64,000 nt of DNA from Pseudomonadota bacterium (GTDB taxonomy: Bacteria > Bdellovibrionota_B > Oligoflexia > Oligoflexales > CAIYRB01), in assembly GCA_031416315.1 (NCBI GenBank), contig JANOTL010000146.1, positions 1 to 64,000 on the forward strand, given 5' to 3'. The translations under genes and the position numbers were made by a program. Shown piece by piece: positions 48,575-57,022 of the stretch. The notes beneath the pieces are model-generated. The model was not told the DNA's origin, searched no databases, and saw only the letters and a program-made list of their open reading frames with translations. Within the stretch, counting starts at the first letter, position 1; each line of letters starts with the position of its first letter.

Positions 48575-48767
48575 GCGTGCGGCATTTTCGCTGCGCATGC
48601 TTCAGCGACCGCGCCGGCTGCACTTCTTTCCTTCGTTTCTTCTATGCCTACAAAGAAGGAATGAAAAAAAGGAAGAGCCGCGGTGATCTTCCTCGGCCCA
48701 GTGAACCCAAGTCAGCGAACGGGTAAATTTCCGGCTCGAATGACTCTGGGTCGCGCACCCCGCACGC
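48575..48767 (+). ncRNA. Candidate structured non-coding RNA (unassigned)
   Basis: Terminal helix GCGTGCGG/CCGCACGC encloses three hairpins; G-U pairs work on the + strand only. Confidence 0.4.
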
Positions 48768-48907
48768 GCGCAATTTCCCGACCTATGCGAGTCGCAGACG
48801 GCTTCGACCTGGCTTGCGAGCTTGCCGGGCCTGATGCGAAACCACCCGGCATACCCGAACTTTCCGATGCACGAGCTATAACTCGCTCGCCTCGGCCTGG
48901 GGCTAGG

Positions 48908-49126
48908 TCACTTCGCCAACATAACGTTCACGGCCTTAACTACGACCGTGACCTTGTCGCCCTTTTTCAACTTCAGATCTGCGATCGAGTCGAGGGTCAT
49001 TACCGAGCTCATGACCTTGTCGGTGCCGTCGAGCTTGACGTCAACCTGGCCCATCACGCCGCCCGTCTTGATCTCGGTGACCGAACCGACCAGCTGATTC
49101 TTCGCGCCGAGGCTCTTCGTTTCCAT
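48908..49126 (-). CDS. Mop/TOBE (molbindin-like) protein
   Basis: GGGAG RBS; GAKNQLVGSVTEIKTG…SVMTLDSIADLKLKKGDKV…KAVNV. Confidence 0.9.
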   Translation of the reverse strand: METKSLGAKNQLVGSVTEIKTGGVMGQVDVKLDGTDKVMSSVMTLDSIADLKLKKGDKVTVVVKAVNVMLAK

Positions 49127-49164
49127 GGCATCCGTCTCCCTTCGAAGTTTCCGGCAATCTACCA

Positions 49165-49212
49165 CAAGCAGAAACGCGGCGGCGCAGGGCCTCGTGCCCC
49201 GTGCCGCCGCGT
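49165..49212 (-). terminator. Intrinsic terminator after the 213-aa gene
   Basis: Long GC stem (49174-49212) followed on the minus strand by TTCTGCTT. Confidence 0.65.
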
Positions 49213-49228
49213 CCGAAATCGGTCGCGC

Positions 49229-49870
49229 TTACTTCTGAGTGACCGAGCCGGCCTTCGCCGACCACGTGCCCTTGTCGTCCTTCTCGGGCTGGAAGAAGAT
49301 CCAGTCGTTCGCCTTGTACGTGCCGCCGTCCTTCAGCTTGATGACGGAACCCGTCTTCACTTTGTCGAACTTGGAGTCGTTCACCTTGGCGGTGACGATG
49401 CCCTTCTCCGACTTCAAGACGATGGCTTTGACTTCGCCCGCGTTCGCCGGACGATCGGCGGTCTTGGCGCGGATGCCGCCTTCGGAGACCGAGCTCTCGA
49501 GGGCCAGCTCGACCGACTTCTCGCGGATCTTGGTCTTCGAGACCTGATCCAAGAAGTCCGCTTCCTTGCCCGTGTAGGTGATGGTGACGGCGTCTTTGCC
49601 CTTGGCCGCGACCTTTACGCCATGCGTGCCGCCGAGCTTCGACTCGAGCGAGCTCTTCACCGCGTCGGCGGAGAGCTTCACGCCCTTCTTCAGCTCGGCC
49701 GAGGTGTCGAGCGTGAACTCGTACTCGCCGTCCTTCACCTTCTTCCACGACTTCGCGAGGCCGGCTTTCGGCCCCGGCATCTCGATCAAAGTCTTCGCCG
49801 CGGCCGAGGCCACGCTGGTGAAGAAGAACATCGCGGTCACCACGGTCATGAGCTTGGCGGTAAATTTCAT
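49229..49870 (-). CDS. Secreted protein containing a family-5 SBP-like N-terminal subdomain
   Basis: Signal peptide (ASA-A); LAKSW…YEFTL…KLSADAVKSSL; strongly biased codons. Confidence 0.75.
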   Translation of the reverse strand: MKFTAKLMTVVTAMFFFTSVASAAAKTLIEMPGPKAGLAKSWKKVKDGEYEFTLDTSAELKKGVKLSADAVKSSLESKLGGTHGVKVAAKGKDAVTITYTGKEADFLDQVSKTKIREKSVELALESSVSEGGIRAKTADRPANAGEVKAIVLKSEKGIVTAKVNDSKFDKVKTGSVIKLKDGGTYKANDWIFFQPEKDDKGTWSAKAGSVTQK

Positions 49871-50037
49871 CTGACTCGTCTCCCGTCCATGAAGAGAAGA
49901 TTGGCCTGCCGAGGGTCTGAGGCTGCAAAGCGCATGCGCGCCCTTTGGCTTTCAGAATCCCCCGAGTTTACTGACTATTCCTAAAATCTGCCAGGGCTCT
50001 GTGGCCGTTCGGACCGTGGTGAAATCACCACGCTTCC

Positions 50038-50538
50038 TCAGGGAAGCTCGGCGTACGAAACGACCTTCGAGGTCGGCTCCTTCGCCGTCGGGGAGTCGAC
50101 CGTCTTCAGATCGAGGATCACCTTCTTGCCGCTCAACTTTTTCAGACCGTCCGGCACCTCGGCTAGCGCCTTCATGTTACCGTCGTCGGCCGTCACCTGA
50201 AAGACGCCACCTTTTTCGGCCAGCGTGCCGACGACCGCTTCGCGGCCGTTGCTCAGCTTCTTCACCGTGAAGGCCGAGGCGTCGACGCATTTCTTCGCGC
50301 CGTCTTTGCCTAGCTGCCATTCGCCGCTGACCCGGACGGTCATGCCCGTGAGCCGGCCGATGCGCTTCTGCACGTCGCCGCGGCACACGGTCGGCCCGTT
50401 GCCGCCGGCGGCCTCGGCGAGGATCGTGCGCTGCTCGATGGCGGAGCCGACGAGACGGACGACGCCTTCGACGTCTTCGGCGAGGGCCGAAGGCGCCAGG
50501 ACGAGCCCGAGCATGAAACCGAGGATCTTCGTGTGCAT
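50038..50538 (-). CDS. Secreted hypothetical protein, two short beta-rich repeats
   Basis: AGGAG RBS; signal peptide (ALA-E). Confidence 0.75.
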   Translation of the reverse strand: MHTKILGFMLGLVLAPSALAEDVEGVVRLVGSAIEQRTILAEAAGGNGPTVCRGDVQKRIGRLTGMTVRVSGEWQLGKDGAKKCVDASAFTVKKLSNGREAVVGTLAEKGGVFQVTADDGNMKALAEVPDGLKKLSGKKVILDLKTVDSPTAKEPTSKVVSYAELP

Positions 50539-50547
50539 CTGGGCTCC

Positions 50548-52365
50548 TTACTTGACGCGTACGGCAGAGACGGCGGCGCCCGGAACGTCGGCCGGCAGCG
50601 CGAAGATCACGTTTTCGTCGGGATCGGTGACCGTATAGAGCAAGGGCTTCGTCATATAGTGCTCGACCTCGACCGACGTCACGCCGTCGAGCTTCGCATT
50701 CTCGGTGATTTCCTTGACGTGATCGATGGTCTGCTCGGCCGCGGCGCCGTACGCGCCGTTGAAGGTCATCCCGTACTTTTTGCCGGCCGTGCCGTTCAGG
50801 TCGGTGACGCCAGCCGTCCGGCCCTGCGTCTTGTACTTGGCGGAGATGCCAGGGACCGTGCCGCCGTCGAGGACGACTGCGCCGAGAAAGTCGCCCACTT
50901 TTTCCGTCCACGCGCCGAGGTCGGCGCCGAGCGAGGAGGCGATGCCCTTCGGTCCGGCCGAGGCGCTGTTCTTCACGATCGAGGTGATGAGGTCGAGGCC
51001 CGCGCCGCCGGAAGCGCGGCCGTCCGCGCCGAAAGTGACGCCGCCCTTTTGGCTCGCGAGGTAGAACATCAGCATCTGAGAGGAACCGCGCGACTCCGCC
51101 GCACCGCCGTTGGCGGCGTTGAGAAACGACGAGGTACCGAAGCTGAACACGTCGAGAAACTTCTTCGGATAGCCTTCGAAGTTCTCGGCGCCGTAGCCCC
51201 AGACATCCTCAAAGAAGTGGGCGATGCCCTCGTCGACCGCGACCGTCTCTTCCACGCCGGCCGTTTTGCGCACGTGATACCAGTTGCTGATCGCGTGTTG
51301 CATCTCGTGCGCGATCGTCGAGTGCCAGAGCTTGTTGGCCAGGGCCGCATCGGCGGGGCCGCCGACCGTGGCAAAGTCGGCCGCCATGTAGAGCATCGGC
51401 ACTTTCGCTTCGCTGGAAGCGGCGCCGAGGAAGACGCCGGCGACTTTGAGCGCCGCGACGTCGGTCGGCCAACGGTTCGGGTTGGCGAAGTCGATGATCG
51501 CGATCACGGGCTTGAAGGTGTAGCCCGTCGCGCCGGTGAAATCGTCCTTGTAGATCGTCTTCTTGTAGCCGTCGACGACGGCCTTCACGGTCGCCTGGAT
51601 CTTCGTCTTGTCGGCTTCGGTCTTCGGCTCGTCGACGTAGACGAGACAGAAATCGGTGCCGTCGACCGCGGGCGTAGCGAAGTCGAGCGGCGCGAACTTC
51701 AGCGCGTCGCCGGCCTCCATGTCGGGATCCGGGCTGACGACGTTGGCGACCGGGCATTCGCCCGCCGTCAGCGGCAGGGAATGCTTAGCCTTCGCGACGG
51801 CCTTCGGCGTGTTGCGGTAGAAGCCTTCGATGCTCGGGCCGCCATGGAGCTTGAGACCGGCGCCGGAGGCGTCGACCGCCTTCGCGATCGCCCAAAATTC
51901 CGCGCCCTGATCCGTGCCCTTCGAGGGATCGTAGCGGTTGAGGAGCGTCCGCAGATTGTGGTCGCGCTCGCTCGCCGTCATCGGCTTTTGCGCCGCGGCG
52001 AACTGCGGCGACAAATCGATGAGGCCCGCGCCCTCTTTCGGCGCGGTCGCGGCCTTTTTTGCCTTCGAGACCGCGAAGGTGAACTTGGTGTTGCCGTCCG
52101 AGCCTTCGATCGCGAGATCGCCGAGGACGTAGGGCATCAATACATATTGAGCGCCGACCTCAGCGTCGGGAAAGGTGACGGTGACCTTGCCTGCTACGGC
52201 CTTCGTCACGGTGCCCTTGCCGGTACAGTCGGCGGTGCATTCATCGCCGCTGTCGTCATCGTCGTCGTCGTCGCCGGACTTTTCCTCGTCTCCGCAGGAG
52301 ACGAGGCCGAAGCACAAGACGACCGGCCACAGCGCTTTCACCTTCTGACCCAAACGACTTCTCAC
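50548..52365 (-). CDS. Lipoprotein zinc metallopeptidase (M30-like gluzincin pattern)
   Basis: LVSC lipobox; poly-Asp tether; TIAHEMQHAI…DEGIAHFFED. Confidence 0.8.
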   Translation of the reverse strand: MRSRLGQKVKALWPVVLCFGLVSCGDEEKSGDDDDDDDSGDECTADCTGKGTVTKAVAGKVTVTFPDAEVGAQYVLMPYVLGDLAIEGSDGNTKFTFAVSKAKKAATAPKEGAGLIDLSPQFAAAQKPMTASERDHNLRTLLNRYDPSKGTDQGAEFWAIAKAVDASGAGLKLHGGPSIEGFYRNTPKAVAKAKHSLPLTAGECPVANVVSPDPDMEAGDALKFAPLDFATPAVDGTDFCLVYVDEPKTEADKTKIQATVKAVVDGYKKTIYKDDFTGATGYTFKPVIAIIDFANPNRWPTDVAALKVAGVFLGAASSEAKVPMLYMAADFATVGGPADAALANKLWHSTIAHEMQHAISNWYHVRKTAGVEETVAVDEGIAHFFEDVWGYGAENFEGYPKKFLDVFSFGTSSFLNAANGGAAESRGSSQMLMFYLASQKGGVTFGADGRASGGAGLDLITSIVKNSASAGPKGIASSLGADLGAWTEKVGDFLGAVVLDGGTVPGISAKYKTQGRTAGVTDLNGTAGKKYGMTFNGAYGAAAEQTIDHVKEITENAKLDGVTSVEVEHYMTKPLLYTVTDPDENVIFALPADVPGAAVSAVRVK

Positions 52366-52419
52366 GGTTCAATCCTCCTGCTGATCCCGGACCTACGCCT
52401 CAGATCCGATGACTGTAAA

Positions 52420-53244
52420 TCATTTGCCGAATTCGCACACGACATCGTCGAGGAGACTCGGGCGAAGTCCTATGCCGCAAGCAAGCTTCGCCAGCTCGAA
52501 TTTCGCCTCGCATGCACTCGGCGCTCGAGCCTCGAGAGGCTTCGGCAAATCCGCGCCGACCGCTTTAAGCGCGCGGCAAAAAGCCGGCCGCGACGGCTCC
52601 TTGCAAGGCTCCGCCTGAAACGCCGGACACTCGCCGTCCAAAGATTGTGTCGCGCAGGCGACACCCTTGAGCTTGCGCGGATCGAGGCGCGCGCGGCACC
52701 CCGACGCCTTGATCGCATGCTCCGCGTAGCAGCGGCTCATGCCGTGCGCGCGCACGGCTTGCTCGGCGCTCAGCCGCTGCTCGCCGTAGATCGTGGCGAT
52801 GCACGTCGACGGAGAGAGAACGTGCGGGCACGTCGGCGGCGGCGGCGGACAGTAGCCCTCGCTCGGATCGGGAACGCACTCGACGCGCGCGAGCTTCGAC
52901 GGACGCAGGCCGTTGCCGCAGGCCGCGCGCGCGAGATTCAGCCGCGCGACGCAGAGGTTCGGGCCCCAGGCATAGACTTCCTTCGAGGGCACTAGCGGCA
53001 AACCTTCATGCTCTTTCGCGGAGCAAGCCATCGGCTCCACCTGATTGCCGCAGACGACGTCCGCGACCGGACATTCCTTCGCTCCCGGCGTCGCGGGCGC
53101 GAGCTGCGGCGCCGAGCTGGTTTGCATAGGCGGCGCACCGCGCACGTCGCTCGTGTCGCTCGTGGTCGAACGGCAAGCGGAGACGAAGAGCGTGGCGAGC
53201 ACGACGAACGTCGCGACGAGCTGAGGTGCCGGGAAAAATCTCAT
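52420..53244 (-). CDS. Cys-rich lipoprotein with three 6-Cys (Kazal-like) repeats
   Basis: VSAC lipobox; three copies of CP…C…P..C.A…C.A…C…L.P..L..V.C. Confidence 0.7.
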   Translation of the reverse strand: MRFFPAPQLVATFVVLATLFVSACRSTTSDTSDVRGAPPMQTSSAPQLAPATPGAKECPVADVVCGNQVEPMACSAKEHEGLPLVPSKEVYAWGPNLCVARLNLARAACGNGLRPSKLARVECVPDPSEGYCPPPPPTCPHVLSPSTCIATIYGEQRLSAEQAVRAHGMSRCYAEHAIKASGCRARLDPRKLKGVACATQSLDGECPAFQAEPCKEPSRPAFCRALKAVGADLPKPLEARAPSACEAKFELAKLACGIGLRPSLLDDVVCEFGK

Positions 53245-53262
53245 GGTCCTGAGATTGTACGA

Positions 53263-54528
53263 TCAGCTGCCCGTGAAGGGTACGGAGGTCGCGCCGCCGA
53301 GCGGGTCCATCGTCCGAATGTCGGCAGCGTTCTGGCCGCCGTTGGCGGGCTGTTGCGCGACCGGCTTGGCTGCAGGCTGTGCGGCCTGCTGCTCAGGCTT
53401 CGCAGGCTGAGACTCTCCAGGAGTCCCTTCAACAGGCTGAGGTGCCGCAGTTGCGCCTTGTTGTGCCGCTGGCGCCGCTCCCGGCAAGCCCTGCGGTCCT
53501 GCTGCGCCTGCAGCCTGCATGGCTGCTTGCATCGCGGCTTGGATCGTTTCGGGGCTCATTCCCTCAGCACCTGCGATGGTCATCGCGGGCGGCACGGCGC
53601 CAGCGTTCGCTTGTGCTTCTTTTAGCACTTTACCAAAAGTCCCTTGGTCTCCGACCGAAGCGACCTCGTTGATTCCGATCTTGCCGACATCCGTGTAGAA
53701 GGAGCCGCCCAGATCCTTCAGATCAACGCCCGTCACCCGGACGTTCGCTTTCACGCGGACGTCCACCGGCTGACCCTGCACGTCCTTCGCGATGAAGCCG
53801 AAGGAGTAGATGCCGTCCTTCACCGGCTTGCCGGCCCCGTCCAAGCCCTTCCAGGTGAGTTTGTGCTCGCCGATCGGCTTCTGCCCGATCTGCTCGGTGG
53901 AGACGACCGCGCCGGAAGAGTCGCGCACTTCGAGCGTGAGCTGCGAGACGTCCTTCTCGAGGTCCATCGTCGCGTCGGTCAGCTTGCCCTTCTGCCAGTT
54001 GAGCTTGCCGTTATCGATCGACAGCTCCTTGCCGACGAACGAAACGAGGTTCACCGCGCGGCTCGTCTGGTTCTCCGCCGACATCTTCTCGAGCGTCTTG
54101 TTGATGTTCAGCATCTGCTCCAGGCCGTCGAACTGCGCCAGCTGCGCCGCCATCTCGGAGCTCTTGTCGGGATTCAGCGGGTCCTGATTCTGCACCTGGG
54201 TGATGAAGAGCTTCAGGAAGGCGTCTTTGTCGAGCTTGTTGCCCGGCGTCCGCGCGTTGGCGCTGTTGATCTTCTGCGCCATCGCCGCGGCGAACTCCTC
54301 GTCCGTCTTCGCGGCGGCCAGGCCGTTGCCGTTCTTCATCGCCGCGCGCGCCCGAGAGGCGTCGTCGTTCGAATTCATCATCAGGTCCTTGAACGACGTT
54401 TTCGTCGTGCCCGTTGAGTCCTTCGCCGCCGGCGGCGTCTTGATCTTCGCCTCCGGATTCAAATCCAGCGGCTTCTGCTCCAGCGGCGGGCTGATGCGAT
54501 TTTTGAGATCGACGCTATTCATCGCCAT
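53263..54528 (-). CDS. flgD: Flagellar hook capping protein FlgD
   Basis: LDKDAFLKLFITQVQNQDPLNP…AQLAQF..LEQ; W.GLDGAGKPV.DG.Y. Confidence 0.93.
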   Translation of the reverse strand: MAMNSVDLKNRISPPLEQKPLDLNPEAKIKTPPAAKDSTGTTKTSFKDLMMNSNDDASRARAAMKNGNGLAAAKTDEEFAAAMAQKINSANARTPGNKLDKDAFLKLFITQVQNQDPLNPDKSSEMAAQLAQFDGLEQMLNINKTLEKMSAENQTSRAVNLVSFVGKELSIDNGKLNWQKGKLTDATMDLEKDVSQLTLEVRDSSGAVVSTEQIGQKPIGEHKLTWKGLDGAGKPVKDGIYSFGFIAKDVQGQPVDVRVKANVRVTGVDLKDLGGSFYTDVGKIGINEVASVGDQGTFGKVLKEAQANAGAVPPAMTIAGAEGMSPETIQAAMQAAMQAAGAAGPQGLPGAAPAAQQGATAAPQPVEGTPGESQPAKPEQQAAQPAAKPVAQQPANGGQNAADIRTMDPLGGATSVPFTGS

Positions 54529-54540
54529 CGCGTTTTACCC

Positions 54541-56895
54541 TCAAGCACGGACTTGGATGCGGCCGGGGGCGACCGAAAGGCGCGACGCCGCGAGCGACGG
54601 CGCGATCACGTCGCGCAGGGCTGCGGTCGACTTGACGACCGGAGGCGCCTCGCCGAAACGCTGCCGCTGCTGCTGTTGATGGTTCTGGTTCTGCTGGAAG
54701 CCGCCGGCGAAGCCGGAGAATCCGCCATGCGGCTCGTGCTGCGGCTGCTTGCCGCCCACGCCGACTTCGACCTTGCCGAGCTGCACGTGTTGCGCCGACA
54801 GCGCATCACGCAGCTTCGAGAGACCGTCGGTCATCATCTCGCGCGCGCGGTCGCTGCTGGCCAAGATCTTCAGGTCGACGCGGTCGCCGTCGACCATCTT
54901 CACCGCGAGCTCCATCCGGCCGATCTCGGCGTTCCCGACATCGAGGCGCACCACGCCGCCACCGTCTTTAGCCAGATAGGTCGCCCGCTCGACGATCTTC
55001 TGCATCATGTCGGCGCGCTCTTGCGGCGACATCAGGATTGGATCGGCCTTCGGCGCGTCCAAGGTGAAGCGCTCGGACGCGTCCATTTTGTGCAGCGATT
55101 GTAGGCTCACGTGCTCGGGGGCAACGCCACTCGCCGCCTCACCGAAGCCCTGCTCCTTGCGCTCGTCCTGGTTGCCGAAGCCACCGCCGTCACGCGCGCC
55201 GGATCTCTCGCCCCGGCCTTCGATCATCGCGAGCGGCGCGGCGAGGCGTAGCTCCTCGATAGGCATTCTGGCGCCAGCGGCGGTCGGAGCCTGCGGGGCG
55301 GCGACTGAGGGCAGCATGCTCAAGGAATCCGACGTTGCCCGCTCGGGACGATCGCCGCGCAACGACGCCAGTGCGTCGACCAAGGCGGGCGTCGGCACGT
55401 TTCCGGCCGCGACGTTCGTCATGGGGACGTTCGTCATGGGGACGTTCGTCATGGGGACGTTCTTCATGGGGACGTTCGTCATGGCAAGGTTCGTGAGCGC
55501 GCTGTTCGATGCTCCAGTCGCCGCTCCGTTCGCCATCCCGATCGGCGCGCTGGTCACGCTGATCGCTTCGGTCGTCGGGTTACCCATGCCGGCGAACTGT
55601 GCCATCACGTCCTGCGGCGACGCGGCGCCTTCGGAGCGCAGCGCCGCTTCGATCCAAGCATTCATCTCGGGCTTCGCCGCGGCCGCGACGTCTTTCGGGG
55701 AGGTTGGCGCTTGCGGAGCGATCGTCACCAGCTCGATGTCGCTCGCCGCCAGGCGCTCGCCCATCTGCGCGAACGCGTCGAAGCTCGCGGCATGGAACTG
55801 CGGTGCCCTCGGCATCGCCGCCACCGCGGGAGTCGCTACCGAAGCGGGCTGGGCCGCCAGAAAGTCCTGGGGCAGACTGTCGGCCGAGATCATCGAGCGG
55901 GCGCTGCGCGGATTCGCGCTGGGGCCATCGGCCTTCACGCGCGGCATCGTGACGCTCGCGCCCATCTGCTGGGCCTGGGGAGTCTGCGGGGCCTGCAGCG
56001 TCTGCGGCGTCTGCGGCGTGCTCATCGCGACCGCATTCGCGAGTTCCGGAGTCGGCATCACCGGGAGCTGGATCGGCTGCGGCAGGCCTGGCGTCATCGC
56101 CTCGAGCGGTGCCCCCGCCTTCTTGCTCGGACTCGCCGCGCGCGGATCGTCGATCTGCACCTTGCCCGGGAGCTCGGCGCTCGCCCGAAGCGCCGCGGCG
56201 CGCGCGAGGTAGGGCGCGATGCCGTTCGTCGCCAGATTGTCTTTGAGGAGCTTGAGCTCGGCCGACACACGCTGCGGGTCGACGCCGATCGCCTTGAAGA
56301 GCTCGTTGGCGGTGATGTTCGCCTTGAGGTCGATGCCGAGACTCTCGGCCTCGTCGATCAAGGCGTCCGGCAGCTCGAGGTCAGAGACCAGATCGCCGAG
56401 CTCCATTCCGGTGGTCAGGAAGGCCTGAAGATCGGGCTGCGCCATCGCGGTCGTCAGAAAGTCGTTGCCGGTCACCAGCTCCGGAATGTCGCCTGGAACC
56501 AGCCTTTCCAGGTGGCCGGTCAGGAAGGCGACGACCGGCGTCTCCTCGAGCTCACGACGATTCGCGAGCGCCGCCTGGCGCAGGGGTTGCGCGAGCCCCG
56601 GCTTCTGCGGGTCTTTGCCCTCGCCCTTTGCGGCGTCCGGGCCGTCGGCCTTGCCGACGTCTTTCCCGGGCTCCTTGCCGTCGGCCTTCAACGGCTCCTT
56701 GCCGTCGGCTTTCGCCGGCGCGGCCTTCGTCGGGACTTCCTTGGCCGAAGCATCCTTGAGCGCCGGGCCTTCGAGCTCCTCGCTGAAGCTTTTCCCACCC
56801 GACGCGGCTTTCGCCTCACGCCTCGGCGCGGGCGTGGAGACTGGCGGCGGCGCCAGCAGCGGGTTGGTTTGCGTTTTCTTCAGGTCGAAGGCCAC
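54541..56895 (-). CDS. fliK: Flagellar hook-length control protein FliK
   Basis: Pro/Ala-rich N-region; C-terminal VRLDV…IGRMEL…LRDALSAQHVQLGKVEV plus Gln-rich tail; directly upstream of flgD. Confidence 0.85.
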   Translation of the reverse strand: MAFDLKKTQTNPLLAPPPVSTPAPRREAKAASGGKSFSEELEGPALKDASAKEVPTKAAPAKADGKEPLKADGKEPGKDVGKADGPDAAKGEGKDPQKPGLAQPLRQAALANRRELEETPVVAFLTGHLERLVPGDIPELVTGNDFLTTAMAQPDLQAFLTTGMELGDLVSDLELPDALIDEAESLGIDLKANITANELFKAIGVDPQRVSAELKLLKDNLATNGIAPYLARAAALRASAELPGKVQIDDPRAASPSKKAGAPLEAMTPGLPQPIQLPVMPTPELANAVAMSTPQTPQTLQAPQTPQAQQMGASVTMPRVKADGPSANPRSARSMISADSLPQDFLAAQPASVATPAVAAMPRAPQFHAASFDAFAQMGERLAASDIELVTIAPQAPTSPKDVAAAAKPEMNAWIEAALRSEGAASPQDVMAQFAGMGNPTTEAISVTSAPIGMANGAATGASNSALTNLAMTNVPMKNVPMTNVPMTNVPMTNVAAGNVPTPALVDALASLRGDRPERATSDSLSMLPSVAAPQAPTAAGARMPIEELRLAAPLAMIEGRGERSGARDGGGFGNQDERKEQGFGEAASGVAPEHVSLQSLHKMDASERFTLDAPKADPILMSPQERADMMQKIVERATYLAKDGGGVVRLDVGNAEIGRMELAVKMVDGDRVDLKILASSDRAREMMTDGLSKLRDALSAQHVQLGKVEVGVGGKQPQHEPHGGFSGFAGGFQQNQNHQQQQRQRFGEAPPVVKSTAALRDVIAPSLAASRLSVAPGRIQVRA
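55411..55485 (-). repeat. 15-bp tandem repeat x5 within fliK, encoding PMTNV units
   Basis: GACGTTCGTCATGGG x3 exact, plus two copies with one mismatch each. Confidence 0.93.
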
Positions 56896-56938
56896 TCAAG
56901 TTCTCGCGAGGAATACCGATGGTGAGTCGACTACCATA

Positions 56939-56954
56939 AGCACGTCTCGTGCCA
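56939..56954 (-). promoter_or_regulatory. sigma54 (-24/-12) promoter for fliK-flgD
   Basis: TGGCACG-AGAC-GTGCT on the minus strand, about 45 bp upstream of fliK. Confidence 0.7.
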
Positions 56955-57022
56955 GCCGCCCCGCGACGGAACTCTTGCGCAATTCAGGCGCCGGAGCCCT
57001 GTGCGCGCGGCAACTCCTGCCT

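Noticed and set aside
48824..48850. CTGATG…GAAAC inside a GCCGGG/CCCGGC hairpin, resembling a hammerhead core
   Set aside because: There is no stem II, no stem III and no cleavage triplet arrangement.
45817..48910. TGA(T)CCTAGC inverted match at the rng and mop stops as possible element ends
   Set aside because: Only about 9 bp, CTAG also occurs in many coding regions here, and there is no transposase or target duplication.
50533..52995. Long antisense ORFs (820 aa here; also 17563-19203, 19627-21630 and 58100-60115)
   Set aside because: They mirror motif-bearing genes on the other strand, as expected in GC-rich DNA with few stop codons.
55411..55485. Tandem repeats as a CRISPR array
   Set aside because: There are no spacers, the repeat is in frame within a CDS and no cas genes are present.
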